Positions 36,944 to 47,403 are shown, numbered from the whole stretch's first letter. The stretch is DNA of 47,533 bases, filler included, from a bacterium UBP13_UBA5359 (GCA_002410925.1; 3 parts of 3 records of this genome joined end to end with filler, not necessarily neighbours in it); one strand, 5' to 3'. Translations and numbers: made by a program. Notes: generated by a model from the letters alone, not told the origin.

Positions 36944-38734
36944 TCAACGGCCGTGTAAATAAGAGATCAATCTCCTGTATTCTTTATAACATTCGTCAGA
37001 AGCACTTATTGTTCCTTTTTCAAGGCCTTCTTTTATTTTAACTTCCAACTCTTGCAACCGCTTTTTTGCCGTGCGCTCCACCAGGCACTCCGCGTAATCA
37101 CGGATTGCCTGCTCTGTCATATTATCTTCCTGCATCTGTATATCCGTTAGCAATGCCTCTACCTGTGGCCCTCCTTCCAGGGCGAGTTGATGCAGATCAT
37201 ATTCACCGGATAGATTGCCTCCCTCTGTAATTCTGGTAAAGACCCAGCGGCAGGCATCATTTTCAAAATACTCAAAGTCGATCTCCTCCGGGCAAGCGCT
37301 GAGAAAATCGGAACCTTCTAAAATAGCCCGAAGCAATCCTTTCTCAGCCATGAGATAGCGACCTTCATCGCTACCGGCGGTTACCGTCCGAGCTATATAT
37401 TCATTTCCGGATCGGCGCACCCTGTTCCTGCGAACGGCTTCCCTCAATTCCCGATGGATCATCTGCTCCATTGTTAGAATCTGCGCCTGTCCGGCCTGTT
37501 CTCCAGCCAGCACCGCCGCCAGGGAGGAGACAGCTCTGCTTCGTCGCGGCACATCTCTAATTTCAGCCAGCACCGGCAGCATCTCTCGAAGAATTGCCGT
37601 CCCGTCACCAGAATGACGGTTCAAAGACATAGATAATTTATATTCAACTACATTGCGGGCACAGGCCAGCTTCTCCCGGAAAGCCTCTGCCCCGCCGCTT
37701 CTTATAAGATCGTCAGGATCCACTCCACTGCCAAGGGTTACAACCGTAACGTTGCAACCCTCTGCTTCAAACAGATCAAGCCCCCTTAACGCTGCAGCCA
37801 TACCGGCTGAATCGGCGTCATAACATAATTTTACATTATGCGTGTACCGAGCTATCAGCCGCACCTGCTCTGCTGTCAACGCCGTTCCGAGACTGGCCAC
37901 CACATTCCTTATTCCCACGCGGTGGCAACTCAAAACGTCGGTATATCCTTCAACCACTACGGCCTCATCCAAGCGGCTGATCTCCGATCTACTCTGGTAT
38001 AAGCCGTATAGCAGCTTTCCCTTGCTAAAAACCGGTGTCTCCGTAGTATTCAGATACTTGGGCTGCTCATCACCCATCGCCCTGCCGCCAAAGCCGATGA
38101 TATCTCCATCCAGATTGAAGATAGGGAAAAGCACTCTTCCCCGGAAACGGTCATATACGCCACCCGTATCGCGAGGCAGCAAGAGTCCGGCTTTAACTCC
38201 ATCCTTTATAGAGAGCCTTTTCTCTTCTATAACAGCAGCCAGGCCTCTCCATTCAGGACGTGCATACCCCAAACGATATTCCTTTATCATCTCTGAAGTC
38301 AATTCACGGCTTTCCAGATACTCTCTGGCGTCTTTGCCACAAGCATCCATCAGTAGACGCTGATAATAGCAACAGGCCAATTCATTGAGCTTCAGAAGAC
38401 GCTTCCTCTCCGTCTCCCTGTGACGGGCTTCGGGAGTACGCTCTATTATTACACCAGCTCTACGGGCCAGCTTCTCCAGTGCCTCGATGAAGGGAAGATT
38501 ATCAACCTTCATAACAAAGGTAATTACATTTCCACCTTCACCGCATCCGAAGCATTTGAACAGCTGCTTTTCCCGGTTGACGCTGAATGAAGCATCCCTC
38601 TCACTGTGGAAAGGGCAGAGCCCTTTATAAGTTTTACCGCTCTTCTTAAGAGAAACATACCCTGAAACGACATCTACAATATCGTTTCTACGCCTGATCT
38701 CCTCTATAAGCTCCTGCGAGAGCAGTTTCCCCAC
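36944..38734 (-). CDS. dnaG: DNA primase
   Basis: CPFH...CFGC zinc finger, DRFRGR, PKYLN, VEGYTD, YDADSAG Toprim, DPDD. Confidence 0.97.
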   Translation of the reverse strand: MGKLLSQELIEEIRRRNDIVDVVSGYVSLKKSGKTYKGLCPFHSERDASFSVNREKQLFKCFGCGEGGNVITFVMKVDNLPFIEALEKLARRAGVIIERTPEARHRETERKRLLKLNELACCYYQRLLMDACGKDAREYLESRELTSEMIKEYRLGYARPEWRGLAAVIEEKRLSIKDGVKAGLLLPRDTGGVYDRFRGRVLFPIFNLDGDIIGFGGRAMGDEQPKYLNTTETPVFSKGKLLYGLYQSRSEISRLDEAVVVEGYTDVLSCHRVGIRNVVASLGTALTAEQVRLIARYTHNVKLCYDADSAGMAAALRGLDLFEAEGCNVTVVTLGSGVDPDDLIRSGGAEAFREKLACARNVVEYKLSMSLNRHSGDGTAILREMLPVLAEIRDVPRRSRAVSSLAAVLAGEQAGQAQILTMEQMIHRELREAVRRNRVRRSGNEYIARTVTAGSDEGRYLMAEKGLLRAILEGSDFLSACPEEIDFEYFENDACRWVFTRITEGGNLSGEYDLHQLALEGGPQVEALLTDIQMQEDNMTEQAIRDYAECLVERTAKKRLQELEVKIKEGLEKGTISASDECYKEYRRLISYLHGR

Positions 38735-38815
38735 ACTTCTTAACCCCGGTTCATTTAAGCGGCCGGCACAACGCTCCGGCCTTTAAATACTCAACTACTT
38801 CATGCCTATCTATTT

Positions 38816-38842
38816 ATTCGTGATTTCTTCCTTTTTTCCTTT
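38816..38842 (-). promoter_or_regulatory. Candidate SigH-like promoter upstream of dnaG-rpoD
   Basis: AAAGGAAAA-N11-CACGAAT just downstream of the hppA terminator. Confidence 0.45.
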
Positions 38843-38866
38843 ATAATAGTAAAAGTAAAAGAAGTT

Positions 38867-38899
38867 AAAAAAGCTCCCTGCCTTGGCAGGGAGCTTTTT
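38867..38899 (-). terminator. Rho-independent terminator of hppA (bidirectional shape)
   Basis: AAAAAGCTCCCTGCC-aa-GGCAGGGAGCTTTTTT. Confidence 0.88.
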
Positions 38900-38924
38900 A
38901 GCATTGATCCCTTTTGTCGGATTT

Positions 38925-41039
38925 TTAGAAAAGGCCTCCCCAGATGCGCATAAGCATCGGATGAGCTTTAACGATAAGCGGAGCTACGACAACAGAAACC
39001 ACAGCCATAAGTTTAAGCAGAATATTCATGGCCGGCCCGGCTGTATCCTTGAAAGGATCGCCTACCGTATCACCGGTAACGGCAGCCTTATGAGCATCGG
39101 AACCCTTGCCACCCATATTGCCGGACTCGATATATTTCTTGGCATTATCCCATGCCCCGCCGGCATTGGCCAGCATAAGTGCCAGTGGAACACCGCTTAT
39201 AAGAGAACCTGCCAGAAAGCCGCCCAGCGTCTCCACTCCCAGAACAATCCCTATCAGTATGGGGACAATTACCGCTACCAGGCCGGGAACTATCATTTCT
39301 CGCAGAGCGGCACTGGTGGTTATATCCACACAACGGGCATACTCCGGCTTACCGGTACCTTCCATCAGACCGGGTATCTCCCTGAATTGGCGCCGCACTT
39401 CATTGACTACACCAAAAGCAGCGCGGCCAACGGCCTGCATGGCCATGGCGGCAAAGGCAAACGGTATGATACCCCCGATGAAGAGGCCGGCTATCACGCC
39501 GGGTTGCATAACATCTATAGCAGCCAAAGTTCCGGGAGCAACCAAATTGACCGCCTGTATATAGGCTGAAAATAGAGCCAGGGCCGTCAAAGCAGCCGAG
39601 CCAATGGCAAAGCCCTTGGCAATAGCGGCCGTAGTATTACCGGCTGAATCCAATGTATCGGTTATAGCCCTGACCTCCGGGCCCATATGAGCCATCTCGG
39701 CAATGCCGCCGGCGTTATCGGCTATAGGACCATAAGCATCCACGGCTACCGTCATGCCTGCAATAGACAGCATGCCTACCGCAGCCAGAGCTATGCCGTA
39801 GAAGCCTCCGCCGGCACCGGCCAGGCCGCCGAAGTAGTAGGCTGTAAGAACTGCCAGGCTGATGACGACTATCGGAATTACCGTGCTCTTCATTCCTACG
39901 GCAAAACCGTTGATTATGTTGGTGGCCACACCGGTTTGAGAGGATTCAGCAATGGATTCCACCGTTTTGCCGGAGGTATATATCTCTGCAGCCAAACCGA
40001 TGATAACGCCGGCTATTAATCCGGACAGGGTGGCGTAAAAGAAGTACAGGCTTCCATCCATAAGCCAGCGTGTCAAAAAGAAAGCGCCGACAATGAATAC
40101 GGCTGCGCTACCGAAGGTTCCATTACGCAGCGATGCTTGTGCATTGCTGTTGCTACGAACAAAGAGCGCCCCAACAATGGAGGCAATCAGGCCTACGGCC
40201 GCCAACAGCAGAGCCAGCAGTATACCCTCGGTTACCGGCACCGCCGTCACGGCAGTGGCTATGATTATAGCCGATATTATCGAGCCGACGTAAGATTCGA
40301 AGAGATCTGCACCCATGCCGGCAACATCTCCCACATTATCGCCCACATTGTCAGCAATAACAGCAGGATTGCGCGGGTCGTCCTCCGGAATACCGGCCTC
40401 AACCTTGCCTACCAAATCGGCTCCTACATCGGCTGCTTTTGTATAGATACCTCCGCCGACTCTGGCAAAGAGAGCCACAGAGCTGGCCCCCATACTGAAG
40501 CCTGCAATAGCTGTAGTAGCCGTTTGAAGGGCAGCTGCAGGGTCTGTCCCTAAGCTGTTGAAGATATAATACAATATGGATACGCCAAACAGACCTATGC
40601 CGACAACGGCCATACCCATCACCAGGCCACCGGGGAAAGCCACACCCAGAGCCTTTTCAAAGCCTTTAGTAGCTGCCTGAGCCGTTCTGGTATTGGCTCT
40701 GGTGGAGATCTTCATACCGAAGTATCCGGCCGTGGTTGAACAAACAGCACCGACCACAAAGGCGATGGCTGTCAACAGACCTATGCCGGCAGCCAAAAGC
40801 ACGAAGACCAATGCTACAAACAGCGCAATGGTCCTGTACTCCCGTTTCAGAAAAGCCATGGCACCCTCGTGAACCGCGTCCGAGATGGCTACCATTTCCT
40901 TGCTTCCAGGATCATTCTTCAGTACCTTGACAGCAGTGTAAATGGCATAGAGCATACCTATAAGGCCCACTGCCGCTGCTATCAGGACAAAGAGGTTCAA
41001 CATACTGTAATTAATGCCTTCCAACAAAGACACCCCCAT
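38925..41039 (-). CDS. hppA: Membrane-bound K+-dependent cation-translocating pyrophosphatase (probably Na+)
   Basis: [47 protein letters not shown]; alternative start 41003. Confidence 0.96.
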   Translation of the reverse strand: MGVSLLEGINYSMLNLFVLIAAAVGLIGMLYAIYTAVKVLKNDPGSKEMVAISDAVHEGAMAFLKREYRTIALFVALVFVLLAAGIGLLTAIAFVVGAVCSTTAGYFGMKISTRANTRTAQAATKGFEKALGVAFPGGLVMGMAVVGIGLFGVSILYYIFNSLGTDPAAALQTATTAIAGFSMGASSVALFARVGGGIYTKAADVGADLVGKVEAGIPEDDPRNPAVIADNVGDNVGDVAGMGADLFESYVGSIISAIIIATAVTAVPVTEGILLALLLAAVGLIASIVGALFVRSNSNAQASLRNGTFGSAAVFIVGAFFLTRWLMDGSLYFFYATLSGLIAGVIIGLAAEIYTSGKTVESIAESSQTGVATNIINGFAVGMKSTVIPIVVISLAVLTAYYFGGLAGAGGGFYGIALAAVGMLSIAGMTVAVDAYGPIADNAGGIAEMAHMGPEVRAITDTLDSAGNTTAAIAKGFAIGSAALTALALFSAYIQAVNLVAPGTLAAIDVMQPGVIAGLFIGGIIPFAFAAMAMQAVGRAAFGVVNEVRRQFREIPGLMEGTGKPEYARCVDITTSAALREMIVPGLVAVIVPILIGIVLGVETLGGFLAGSLISGVPLALMLANAGGAWDNAKKYIESGNMGGKGSDAHKAAVTGDTVGDPFKDTAGPAMNILLKLMAVVSVVVAPLIVKAHPMLMRIWGGLF

Positions 41040-41056
41040 AAAATAGTTCTTCGAAC

Positions 41057-41145
41057 ACAGTTATCGGTTGCCATTTTTGAGATTCCCTTACAAGCCCTGC
41101 TCCTGAACCTGCAACATCTTCCTCAAAGCTTTACAACCGACCTGT
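41057..41145 (-). ncRNA. Structured 5' leader resembling the Na+-I (DUF1646) riboswitch
   Basis: Nested stems GUCGGUUGU/GCAACCGAU, UUUGAG/CUCAAA and UUGCAGGUUC/GGGCUUGUAA between the promoter and hppA; family match from recall. Confidence 0.65.
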
Positions 41146-41192
41146 AATTCTGTCTTGGTCCTATCTTTCGATTTCCGTCTATCCAAGTAGGT

Positions 41193-41221
41193 ATCTTACT
41201 ATTTTTCCTTCGATAAAGCAA
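41193..41221 (-). promoter_or_regulatory. Sigma70-type promoter of hppA
   Basis: TTGCTT-N17-TAAGAT. Confidence 0.55.
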
Positions 41222-41243
41222 TAGCATTTCTGCCGGGCTGGAG

Positions 41244-42362
41244 TCAAAAAAACATTAATTTGTCACGGCGCATGCCTATGCCGAGAAGCAGACCTATCGC
41301 CGTCATATCTGTTATCATGGCACTGCCTCCGTAACTAATAAAAGGCAGAGGAATACCGGTGGTAGGCATTATACCTGTAATCATCCCTAAATTTACAAGA
41401 ATATGAAAGGCCAACATGGATAGAATCCCGGCAACCATCAGTACTCCCGACATATCCTCGCTCTCCGTCATTATAAGAAAGCCGCGCCAGAGAATGATGC
41501 CGAAAAGAGCCAGCAGAGCAAGACCGCCAACAAAGCCCAGCTCTTCTCCTATAACGGTAAAGATAAAATCCGTATGCTGCTCCGGAATAAAACTCAGATT
41601 CTTCTGACTGCCGTGAAAGAGTCCCTGCCCAAATAGCCGACCGGAACCGATAGCTATCTTAGATTGGTTAAGCTGATATGATGTACCCAGAGGGTCGGCC
41701 AGAGGATTAAGAAAACCGGTCAGGCGCCTTTTCTGGTAATCCCGCAGCCCATAACGCCAGACCAATGGAAAGAGAGCCAATAGCAATCCTGCTGAAGCGG
41801 CCAGATGTTTGACACCGGCTCCGGATACCAGAAGCATGCCTCCCAGAATGGCAATTATTACCAATGCCGTACCCAGATCCGGCTGAGCGGCAATCAGTAA
41901 TATGGGCAGGGCAATATGCCCCAAAGCGCCCATAAAGGAGGAAAAGCTGGAGATATCCGTTTTAACGGATGACAGATAGACTGCCAGAGTCACGATAACA
42001 GTCAGCTTGCATATTTCTGAAGGTTGCAGCATAAAAGGACCCAACGGTATCCAACGCTGTGCTCCCTTGCTGCTATGTCCCAGTATGAGAACTACTACTA
42101 GAAGAGCAATATTCAGCCAGTATATCTGATGATACCAGCGAGCCAACGCTCTGTAATCGATCAAAGCTGCCAGACACATAAAGATAAAGCCTACAGCAAT
42201 CCAGATAATCTGTTTGCCTACCAGCGGACCAATGGCCGGCCTGGCCTGAGCGGTACTTTTCAAAGCCACTGCGCCCAATCCCAGTAAGAGTATCAGCGCC
42301 AGCAACATAACCCAATCCAGACGCCGCAGCAGGCGTAAATCTAACAAACTAAACACCTCCAA
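41244..42362 (-). CDS. rodA: Rod shape-determining SEDS protein
   Basis: GAQRWI, QPSE, QPDLGT, YQLNQSKIAIGSG, PEQHTDFIF, GIPLPFISYGGS; true start a few codons downstream. Confidence 0.93.
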   Translation of the reverse strand: MEVFSLLDLRLLRRLDWVMLLALILLLGLGAVALKSTAQARPAIGPLVGKQIIWIAVGFIFMCLAALIDYRALARWYHQIYWLNIALLVVVLILGHSSKGAQRWIPLGPFMLQPSEICKLTVIVTLAVYLSSVKTDISSFSSFMGALGHIALPILLIAAQPDLGTALVIIAILGGMLLVSGAGVKHLAASAGLLLALFPLVWRYGLRDYQKRRLTGFLNPLADPLGTSYQLNQSKIAIGSGRLFGQGLFHGSQKNLSFIPEQHTDFIFTVIGEELGFVGGLALLALFGIILWRGFLIMTESEDMSGVLMVAGILSMLAFHILVNLGMITGIMPTTGIPLPFISYGGSAMITDMTAIGLLLGIGMRRDKLMFF

Positions 42363-43461
42363 GAAGGGCCTTGATGCCTGCCCTGTCAGGGTGTTTTATC
42401 AAACCCTTATCGGTAATTATAGCGCTTATCAATTCTGCCGGAGTAACATCAAAAGCAGGATTGGCAGCCGCCACATCTGCCGGAGCCGTGCAAGAGAAAC
42501 CAAACTTTCTTACTTCATCAGGATTACGCTCCTCTATAGGTATGGAGGCTCCATCGTAAAGAGCAAGATCAAAGGTGCTGACCGAAGCGGCTACGTAAAA
42601 GGGTATATTATGATAACGGGCCAGAACAGCCGTTGTATACGTGCCTATCTTGTTAGCAGTATCGCCATTGGCCGCGATACGATCGGCTCCCACTATAACT
42701 GCATTTATACGGCCGCTTTTCATCATATAGCCTGCCATGTTATCGCAGATAAGGATAACCGATATACCTTCTCTTTCCAACTCCCAGGTCGTCAGGCGTG
42801 CCCCCTGTAAAAGCGGTCTGGTTTCATCTACATAGGCGGTAAATTTTGTTCCATTTCTCCAGGCATGGCGTAACACACCTAAAGAAGTGCCGTATCCACC
42901 GGTAGCTAGAGCTCCGGCATTGCAGTGATTGAGCACACCTCCCCCGGCAGGTATCAAAGAGGCCCCATAGGCTCCTATACAACGGCAGGCTTCTATCTCT
43001 TCTCGTTGAATCAGGAGAGCTTCATCCAGCAACGCCTCTCTGATTCCTTTCAACCCTGAAGAGAGAGCTCTCTTTGCTCGATAATGCATACGATCCAAAG
43101 CCCGGAAGAGATGAACAGCCGTCGGGCGTGTCAAGGTAAGCTCGGCAATTATTCTTTCCACCTCTTCCATCAAAGAGCGGCTGTTCTGAGCATTGAACAA
43201 TATAGCCAGATTTGCCGTTCCCATGGCAGCAGCAATACCAATAGCGGGAGCGCCGCGCACTCTTAGAGAACAGATAGCCTCTTTAAGGTCTGCCAGAGTC
43301 CTGGGGCGGATAACGACTTCCTCATGTGGAAGCAGGGTCTGATCCAGCATTGCAAGACCGCCGCCATCCCACCAAACGGGCGATACTTCAAATATCTCTT
43401 CTCCGCTATGCATCTCGCGGAGACAGTTATTATTTATACTTTGTTGATGATCGGTTTTCAC
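42349..43461 (-). CDS. mtnA: S-methyl-5-thioribose-1-phosphate isomerase
   Basis: LDQTLLP, VRGAPAIG, TRPTAV, HCNAGALAT, DETRPLLQGARLT, GDTANKIGTY, NPAFDVTP. Confidence 0.95.
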   Translation of the reverse strand: MKTDHQQSINNNCLREMHSGEEIFEVSPVWWDGGGLAMLDQTLLPHEEVVIRPRTLADLKEAICSLRVRGAPAIGIAAAMGTANLAILFNAQNSRSLMEEVERIIAELTLTRPTAVHLFRALDRMHYRAKRALSSGLKGIREALLDEALLIQREEIEACRCIGAYGASLIPAGGGVLNHCNAGALATGGYGTSLGVLRHAWRNGTKFTAYVDETRPLLQGARLTTWELEREGISVILICDNMAGYMMKSGRINAVIVGADRIAANGDTANKIGTYTTAVLARYHNIPFYVAASVSTFDLALYDGASIPIEERNPDEVRKFGFSCTAPADVAAANPAFDVTPAELISAIITDKGLIKHPDRAGIKALLGGV

Positions 43462-43537
43462 GCTCGCATCTCCGGCACTTAATTATGGAACCTTCCTGAA
43501 AAACTATTAATTAATTTACCGCTTCCAGAAAGGATCC

Positions 43538-44401
43538 TCAAGCATCTTCCAGCCAGGTGGAGTTGAGAGTCTCAAGCATAAGTATTGCAGTGAGCAAGGC
43601 ATCATTACAACCGTAAGCAGTCTGCTCCATACTGCAGAAACGGCCACAAGCATTCCGGCTTATCTCCCGGCCATCGCCGCCTATCAAAGCCAGCTCATCG
43701 CCATCATCATCAAAAGCAATGCCCAGGGTTGCTCCGGATACAGCGACTGCTCTACCTAAGGCTGCAATATTCCTGCCTGTAAGAGCAGGATTCCTATCCG
43801 GGAACGCTCCGTCGATATTGGTAAAACGCTCCACCACCGTGTATCCCAAACCAAGAAAGAGCCTGGGAGCTATGGCACTGCAGACTCCATGTCCACAATC
43901 CAACACTATGCGCCCTTTTTGCCGAAAGCCGGCAGCACTCTCCAAATGATGCAGATATGAGAGCATAGGAGCGATCCTTTCTACCCTGCCGCCACGATAA
44001 ATAAAATCCTTATGCCGGGTTACGGCCAGCTTAAGCTCTGCTATCCCTTCCGCAGATAAAGGTCCATCCTGCATATAAACCTTGAAGCCATTGTATCGAG
44101 CCGGACGAGGAGATGCGGTAACCATAACTATAGCTGATGCTTCACAGGCTTCACCGGCAAAAGCCAACGCAGGAACAGGAAGTATGCCGGCATCCATTAC
44201 CGCACAGCCGGAGGTTATCAATCCCTTGATAACCTCTTCCTTAAGCGTTATGGTGCTCAGACGAACATCTCCGCCAATAGCCAGGGTATGCCCGGTTAAG
44301 CGTCTTCCCAGAGCCTTGCCGAAAAGATAGGCATCTCTTTCAGTTAGGGTATGCCCGTATTTACCATATATGCCTTTTTCTCTGAAAATAGAAGAAGACA
44401 T
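43538..44401 (-). CDS. Truncated, degenerate phosphomannomutase/phosphoglucomutase-family protein
   Basis: GGDVRLS, MVTASPRPARYNGFK (canonical TASHNP), LDCGHG, GIAFDDDGDE; about 287 aa; lacks most of domain 3 and all of domain 4. Confidence 0.8.
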   Translation of the reverse strand: MSSSIFREKGIYGKYGHTLTERDAYLFGKALGRRLTGHTLAIGGDVRLSTITLKEEVIKGLITSGCAVMDAGILPVPALAFAGEACEASAIVMVTASPRPARYNGFKVYMQDGPLSAEGIAELKLAVTRHKDFIYRGGRVERIAPMLSYLHHLESAAGFRQKGRIVLDCGHGVCSAIAPRLFLGLGYTVVERFTNIDGAFPDRNPALTGRNIAALGRAVAVSGATLGIAFDDDGDELALIGGDGREISRNACGRFCSMEQTAYGCNDALLTAILMLETLNSTWLEDA

Positions 44402-44402
44402 G

Positions 44403-45329
44403 TCATTCCTTTCGACAAGCCACAACAACTCGGTCTATGCCGGCATAATCAGGGACTATGCGGAGAAGCTCAAATCCGGCTGCGGAAAGCAGCTCTGCAA
44501 CACCGGCTCCCTGCCCTATACCGATCTCCAAAATAATAAAGGCTCCCTGGCGTAGCAATCTTCCTCTGGCCGCAATCCGACGATAAACATCCAAGCCGTC
44601 AGGGCCGCCGTCCAGAGCCAGACGAGGCTCAAAATCTCGAACTTCACGCTGCAGCATATCTATATCCCGGGAGGGAACATAAGGTGGATTGGACAGCACC
44701 ATATCGGCTTTCTTCCAGATATCGTCGTCATGGCCATCGGACAGAGGATCATCCTCAATTACGGTGACTCTGTTCGTAAGCCGCTGACAGGCAACATTAT
44801 ACCTTGCCGTTCTGACAGCCGCGATAGAAATATCATATGCCCGCACCCTGACACCGTTTACAAATCCGGCTACAGAAACGGCAATAGCACCGCTGCCTGT
44901 ACCGATATCCATTAATAGTGCCTTTTTCCGGCATGACAATATCTCTTGGGCCAGAGGTATTGCCGTTTCCACCAGGACCTCTGTATCCGGCCGAGGAATA
45001 AAAACGCCTTCCTCCACCCTGAGATCGATAGACATAAATTCCTGGTGCCCTGTCAACCATTGCAGCGGACACCCCCGGCTGCGTATTGATAGAAGATGGT
45101 CATAGCGAGCCAGCAATTCATCATTAAGAGGGCGTTTGGAACCGAGATAAAGTGCCAGCCGATCAATTCCAAGCAAATGCGCCATCAGCAGCTCGGCATT
45201 AACTCTGGCACGCTCTACGCCCATTTTCTTCAGACGGCCGGCAGCCTCATGCAATATTTCTCCCACTGTGCGCCCGGATAGAAAAGAAGAGACCTCATCA
45301 GTGCCACGCGCAATTATATCATCCGGCAT
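44403..45329 (-). CDS. prmC: Release factor glutamine methyltransferase
   Basis: FIPRPDTE, DIGTGSGAI, SNPPY, ALDGGPDGL; follows prfA. Confidence 0.96.
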   Translation of the reverse strand: MPDDIIARGTDEVSSFLSGRTVGEILHEAAGRLKKMGVERARVNAELLMAHLLGIDRLALYLGSKRPLNDELLARYDHLLSIRSRGCPLQWLTGHQEFMSIDLRVEEGVFIPRPDTEVLVETAIPLAQEILSCRKKALLMDIGTGSGAIAVSVAGFVNGVRVRAYDISIAAVRTARYNVACQRLTNRVTVIEDDPLSDGHDDDIWKKADMVLSNPPYVPSRDIDMLQREVRDFEPRLALDGGPDGLDVYRRIAARGRLLRQGAFIILEIGIGQGAGVAELLSAAGFELLRIVPDYAGIDRVVVACRKE

Positions 45330-46405
45330 TATAAAGCCTCCCTCCTTTCTGCATGGTCACTGGCAATAAGCGTTTCCACAAGCTCTCCCAGATCCCCGTC
45401 CAATACGGATTCCAAACGATGGAAGGTCAGGCTGATTCGATGATCAGTAATGCGGTTCTGTGGAAAATTATACGTGCGTATCTTCTCACTTCTATCTCCG
45501 GTTCCTACCTGTAGCTTGCGATTCTTGGCCACCTCCGCCTGTTGCTCGCGGATCTTCATATCCAGCAGATGTGAACGCAGCAGGCGAAAGGCTTTCTCCT
45601 TATTCTGGTACTGAGATCTTTCATCCTGACAGGTAACAACCATTCCTGTCGGCAGGTGCGTAATACGGATAGCCGTTTCGTTCTTCTGAACGTTCTGGCC
45701 TCCGGCGCTGGAAGAGCGATAGGTATCAATCCTAAGGTCATCCATATTAATATCTATATCGGTATCCTCATCAGCCTCCGGCAGAACGGCTACAGTGGCG
45801 GTAGAAGTATGAATGCGCCCACCGGATTCCGTTGTGGGCACACGCTGAACACGATGAACGCCGCTCTCAAACTTCAGCCGGCTATATGCTCCTTCTCCCT
45901 TGATCAGGATAATAACTTCTTTAAAGCCTCCCAATCCTGTAGGGTTGGAACTGAGCATCTCCGTCTTCCAGCCTATGCGCTCGGCATAGCGAGAGTACAT
46001 TCGTAAGAGATCGCCGGCAAAGAGCGCTGCTTCGTCACCACCTGCACCTGCCCGTATTTCCACGATAACATTTTTATCGTCATATGGGTCACTGGGAAGA
46101 AGCAAGGCCGCCAACTCTTCTTCCATTCGTATCTTTAATGGTTCCAGCTCCTCCAGTTCTGTCCTGGCCATAGCGAGAAACTCGGCATCTTCCTCGGTAT
46201 CAAGTATGTCCGATACTTCATCGATCTGTTTTATTATCTGGTTATACTCTCTATATTTGCTTACTACATTCTGGAGATCGGCATGCGCCTTGGCATATTT
46301 CTGGTACTGAGCCAGATCAGCTACCACCTCAGGGTCTCCGAGAAGACGCCCGAGCTCTTCATATCTCTCCTCCATATCTTTTAATCTATCAAGCAAATGT
46401 TTCAC
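45329..46405 (-). CDS. prfA: Peptide chain release factor 1
   Basis: [25 protein letters not shown] (PxT), [17 protein letters not shown]. Confidence 0.97.
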   Translation of the reverse strand: MKHLLDRLKDMEERYEELGRLLGDPEVVADLAQYQKYAKAHADLQNVVSKYREYNQIIKQIDEVSDILDTEEDAEFLAMARTELEELEPLKIRMEEELAALLLPSDPYDDKNVIVEIRAGAGGDEAALFAGDLLRMYSRYAERIGWKTEMLSSNPTGLGGFKEVIILIKGEGAYSRLKFESGVHRVQRVPTTESGGRIHTSTATVAVLPEADEDTDIDINMDDLRIDTYRSSSAGGQNVQKNETAIRITHLPTGMVVTCQDERSQYQNKEKAFRLLRSHLLDMKIREQQAEVAKNRKLQVGTGDRSEKIRTYNFPQNRITDHRISLTFHRLESVLDGDLGELVETLIASDHAERREAL

Positions 46406-47303
46406 GCTCCGTAACTACTTGCTCCTTGCCGGCCTCATCTGCCAGCAAAGGGCTCAAGGCGGCGATGGCTACTTCTATCTGCCGGTCATCCGGCTCGCCG
46501 GTGGTCATATGCTGCAACCAGAGGCCGGGCGCCACTATCCAAGACAACCAGCTTCTCTCTTTATGCCGCCCGACGAACTTAATAATTTCATAAGATGCCC
46601 CGGCAATAAGAGGCAGCAAGAGGACTCTGGAGACCAACCGCCAGAACCAGCCCTGCTCACCTATAAACGAAAATACTATTATACTCAGCAACAGCACCAG
46701 CAGTATGAAACTGGTTCCACAACGCGGGTGGAGAGTGCTGAAAGGACGCACCGCTTTAACGGAGAGCTCTTCTCCTGCCTCCAGGGTATTTATAACCTTA
46801 TGCTCAGCTCCGTGGTATTGAAAAACTCGCTGAATATCCTTGTGTCTGGCAATAAAGAAGATATAGCCTATAAAAAGAGCTATGCGTGCCATGCCCTCTA
46901 CCAGATTGAAGGCCACATTATGCTTAACCGATATAAGAAAGCCTGCCAACAGATTAGGCAAAATCACGAAAAAGCCTATGCCCAATAGAAATCCAAGCGC
47001 TATTGTTCCTGTTATAGCCGCTTTGCTGAGCTGCGCTTCTTCCTCACCAGAGGCAATACTCGCAGAGAATGCCAGAGCATGAAGACCGAGCATTAGAGAA
47101 TCATAGAGCGCAAAGGCTCCTCTGATCAGCGGCAGATTAAGCCGGGGATAACGCTTGAAAATATTTGGTGCCAACCGGTAATCCAGCTCTATATCTCCCC
47201 CGGGATTCCGCACAGCCACAGATACTGCTGCCGGCCCGCGCATCATTACACCCTCGATTACCGCCTGTCCGCCGTAATTATAATTGCTTTTCAACAAGAA
47301 CAT
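46389..47303 (-). CDS. DUF1385 family membrane protein (YqhQ-like)
   Basis: [32 protein letters not shown]. Confidence 0.93.
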   Translation of the reverse strand: MFLLKSNYNYGGQAVIEGVMMRGPAAVSVAVRNPGGDIELDYRLAPNIFKRYPRLNLPLIRGAFALYDSLMLGLHALAFSASIASGEEEAQLSKAAITGTIALGFLLGIGFFVILPNLLAGFLISVKHNVAFNLVEGMARIALFIGYIFFIARHKDIQRVFQYHGAEHKVINTLEAGEELSVKAVRPFSTLHPRCGTSFILLVLLLSIIVFSFIGEQGWFWRLVSRVLLLPLIAGASYEIIKFVGRHKERSWLSWIVAPGLWLQHMTTGEPDDRQIEVAIAALSPLLADEAGKEQVVTERETFA

Positions 47304-47403
47304 CGCTCCAGAAATAATTAGAGCTCACGCTTAAGGGCCTGCACCCGAACAATAAAGATTATTCAAAGAGCAGGCCCTGACTTGTTTAACAACCGCTTGT
47401 GAG

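Noticed and set aside
41148-41185. c-di-GMP-I riboswitch (GGAAAUC-GAAA-GAUAGGAC) in tandem with the hppA leader
   Set aside because: Stem is only 3 bp; no tetraloop receptor or P1 partner is recognisable
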